This document shows, one piece after another, positions 61,676 through 64,000 of a stretch of 64,000 nt of DNA (position 1 is the stretch's first letter; the number at the start of each line of letters is the position of its first letter). The notes under the pieces were generated by a model. The model ran no database searches and was not told where the DNA came from. It worked only from the letters and a program-made list of their open reading frames with translations. The stretch is from Tubulanus polymorphus (Eukaryota; Animalia; Nemertea), in NCBI RefSeq assembly GCF_964204645.1, contig NC_134034.1, positions 5,988,914 through 6,052,913 of the forward strand, given 5' to 3'. The translations under genes were made by a program, and so were the position numbers.

Positions 61676-63068
61676 TTTTGATGAACCTGGCATAACTGAT
61701 GAACAACAACCTGATTTTGATGAAACAAGTTTTAATGACGGTAATGAGCCAGAATATAATAATTTAAATACGCCTGATTATATTAAAAATGCAGAATCAC
61801 AATTAAATCCTGAAAATCTAGACCCAGATTTAGTAAAACAAGATTTATATAATTTAAACAAAATACCTAAATTAGAACGTATAATTGAAAATTCTAAACT
61901 TAACATAAATTATGAAGACGTTGGACCTATAGCAGATCAATTAAAATTTTTAGATAATGGTAAATGGTATTATCATTTGAAAGATGATTATTATATTGAT
62001 ATCTCTTATAAAAAACAAAACAAAATATTAACAAAATCAACTTTGAGTAATTTAGATCCAGATAGAATTAAAAGAATTAGTAATAGTAATGTAATAACTG
62101 ATGTTATAAAACAAGAATTAACTGGTAATGATATAGACGTATTTAAACAAAGAATTAATGAATTATTTGAAATAATCAAAAAGAAATCAGAAACAGAAAC
62201 AACTTCTGAACAGAATATAACTTCCAAAACTAGTAAACTTAAATCAAATAAAGTTCCAATTGAAAAACTTTTACCGAATGGATTAATTAATGCAATAGAT
62301 CAACAATTAGAAGATTTAAATATATTTTCTGATGAAGCAATTAGAGAAATTATTAGTATAAGAAATGAAGCTGATAAAATTGCACATAATAAAAGTATAA
62401 GAGATCAAAAAATTATGTATTTGGAAAAAGAATTAACTAATCCAAATAAAGAAATAGAACAACTAAAGTCTGATTTAGATCATCAAGTAATTGATGAAAT
62501 AGAATATAGGCAAAAAGAATTACGTTTAGAAAAAGAAATTAATAATTTAAAAGATAATTTAGAAGTACAGAAAGAAGAAATTAAATTATTATTAAAATCA
62601 TATGATTATGATATTAATAGATTAAAAGTTATTCTTAAAAGTTTGTTGATAAAACCAAATTCTGAAATATCATTAAAAGATAGAATAAAGTTATTATTTA
62701 AATTAGAAGGAATAACAATTCTTTCAGTTCTAACAGCTGAAACTATGTTATTTACAACAATTGGTTTAGCACTATCAAATTCTTTGAAATCGACTCCTAC
62801 TCCCAATAAACTGGATAAACCCCCGAATGATAATAATTCTATACAAGATAAAGTTAAGGATGGTTTAAAAAAATTAGCAAAATATTTATGGGAACTATCT
62901 AAAATATCTGCTGCAGCATTACCAGGAATTATTGCATTAATTGTTGGTTTTATATTGAAATCTGCAGGAAACATTATTAACTTTGCTGCTGAACGTATTA
63001 TTTTATTTTTAATTACAGTTGTAAGTGCTATTATTTTTGGGTTAGTAAACATGATAAAAAATAAATAA
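61638..63068 (+). CDS. Large coiled-coil protein with C-terminal hydrophobic helices
   Basis: Intact 476-aa ORF. Confidence 0.8.
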   Translation: MDVEGGEDIGMDNFDEPGITDEQQPDFDETSFNDGNEPEYNNLNTPDYIKNAESQLNPENLDPDLVKQDLYNLNKIPKLERIIENSKLNINYEDVGPIADQLKFLDNGKWYYHLKDDYYIDISYKKQNKILTKSTLSNLDPDRIKRISNSNVITDVIKQELTGNDIDVFKQRINELFEIIKKKSETETTSEQNITSKTSKLKSNKVPIEKLLPNGLINAIDQQLEDLNIFSDEAIREIISIRNEADKIAHNKSIRDQKIMYLEKELTNPNKEIEQLKSDLDHQVIDEIEYRQKELRLEKEINNLKDNLEVQKEEIKLLLKSYDYDINRLKVILKSLLIKPNSEISLKDRIKLLFKLEGITILSVLTAETMLFTTIGLALSNSLKSTPTPNKLDKPPNDNNSIQDKVKDGLKKLAKYLWELSKISAAALPGIIALIVGFILKSAGNIINFAAERIILFLITVVSAIIFGLVNMIKNK

Positions 63069-63088
63069 TTAATTTTTTTGTTAAATAA

Positions 63089-64000
63089 ATGAGTGGCAGT
63101 TATATCAATCCTTCTAAGAATCATAGAATATCTAATGCTATTAAAGCAGAAAGATCACATCATATAATTACTCATAACCCTTCTAATATTAATCCTGATG
63201 AAACTTTATATGTTAGAATTCCTCGAATAACACAAAATACTTTTTATGTTCCAAATAGTATTTATTTATCAGCCGATATAAAAGTAATCGGTAATAATAA
63301 TAATTATGTTGTTGATAATGTTGGAAGATATTTGATTAAAAATTTAACAGTAAAGATTGGCCCAGAAACAGTTTTCTCATTAGATGATTATAATTTATTT
63401 ATGCATTATAAAGATTTATGGTTAACTAAAGAAAATAGAAATAATATGATATTTCAAGGAATCCAATCAGAAAACCAAAATAAATTAAGATCAGAAGCAC
63501 ATAATGCAATATTAACTAATTCTATAGATAAATTGATAAAAAGTATATATGGAAGCAAATATAAAATTACATTAGACTTTGAATTGATAAATAATAATGC
63601 GCCTTTATATAAATACGCAATTCAAGAAGATGTTATATTCGAAATAACATTTGCTCCTGTTAATGAAATTGTAATATCTAGCGTTAATAAAGATATGGGT
63701 TATAAATTATCGAATATATGTTTAGAATATGATACAGTAACTGATGAAAATATTTCAAGTATAATTCAAACTAAATACAATCAAGGATTTTCATTATTAT
63801 ATGATTATATTGATAAATTTAAAACTGTAACTATTAATGCAAATGATGAAATTATTAATGAGAATAATAACTTCCCACGAAGATCTATTAAAGGTATATT
63901 AATATTTTTTACCATTGCAACATATACTAATGGCGCAATAAATGTTGATTATTATTATAATCCTGAAATAACAAAAGTAGAAATAACTATCGAAGGAATA
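63089..64000 (+). CDS. Major capsid protein, partial (window end)
   Basis: MSGSYINPSKNHRISNAIKAERS..., homologous to the P1/P2 capsid. Confidence 0.8.
   Translation, partial: MSGSYINPSKNHRISNAIKAERSHHIITHNPSNINPDETLYVRIPRITQNTFYVPNSIYLSADIKVIGNNNNYVVDNVGRYLIKNLTVKIGPETVFSLDDYNLFMHYKDLWLTKENRNNMIFQGIQSENQNKLRSEAHNAILTNSIDKLIKSIYGSKYKITLDFELINNNAPLYKYAIQEDVIFEITFAPVNEIVISSVNKDMGYKLSNICLEYDTVTDENISSIIQTKYNQGFSLLYDYIDKFKTVTINANDEIINENNNFPRRSIKGILIFFTIATYTNGAINVDYYYNPEITKVEITIEGI

Larger units (their letters stand above)
53301..64000 (+). mobile_element. Polinton/Maverick element P3, runs off the window
   Basis: AGTAAT terminus with hairpin; gene order colinear with P2; predicted TSD AGTCTC. Confidence 0.95.

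Overview
Animal (probably marine invertebrate) repeat-dense DNA with no recognisable host gene. It holds three related ~16-17 kb Polinton/Maverick (adintovirus-like) endogenous DNA viruses. P1 spans 2899-20009 (TIR to TIR, TSD TTTATT), P2 spans 29135-45227 (TIR to TIR, TSD GTAGGC) and P3 runs from 53301 off the window end. A fourth, older, internally inverted fragment (P0) is the insertion target of P1. Between them lie CR1/L2-type and other LINEs, a DIRS tyrosine-recombinase retroelement, BEL/Pao fragments, a foldback MITE and an LTR with a tRNA-Leu PBS, often nested. The most notable signal is a set of large-DNA-virus (Nucleocytoviricota) traits in these elements: (i) a LAGLIDADG intein in the PolB YxD|TDS motif of P1, with intein-free alleles in P2 and P3; (ii) a VLTF3-like late transcription factor; (iii) a fixed-spacing T6-N7-TAAATG motif, resembling poxvirus late promoters, before most structural genes; (iv) a giant-virus-type HNH gene; (v) long co-varying terminal hairpins; (vi) no adenain protease, but a membrane-protein cassette. 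Together these suggest, by inference only, a virophage-like lineage that uses a cytoplasmic large-virus transcription system. Most genes now carry stops or frameshifts. No database searches were possible, so family calls rest on recognised motifs and novelty is unverified.
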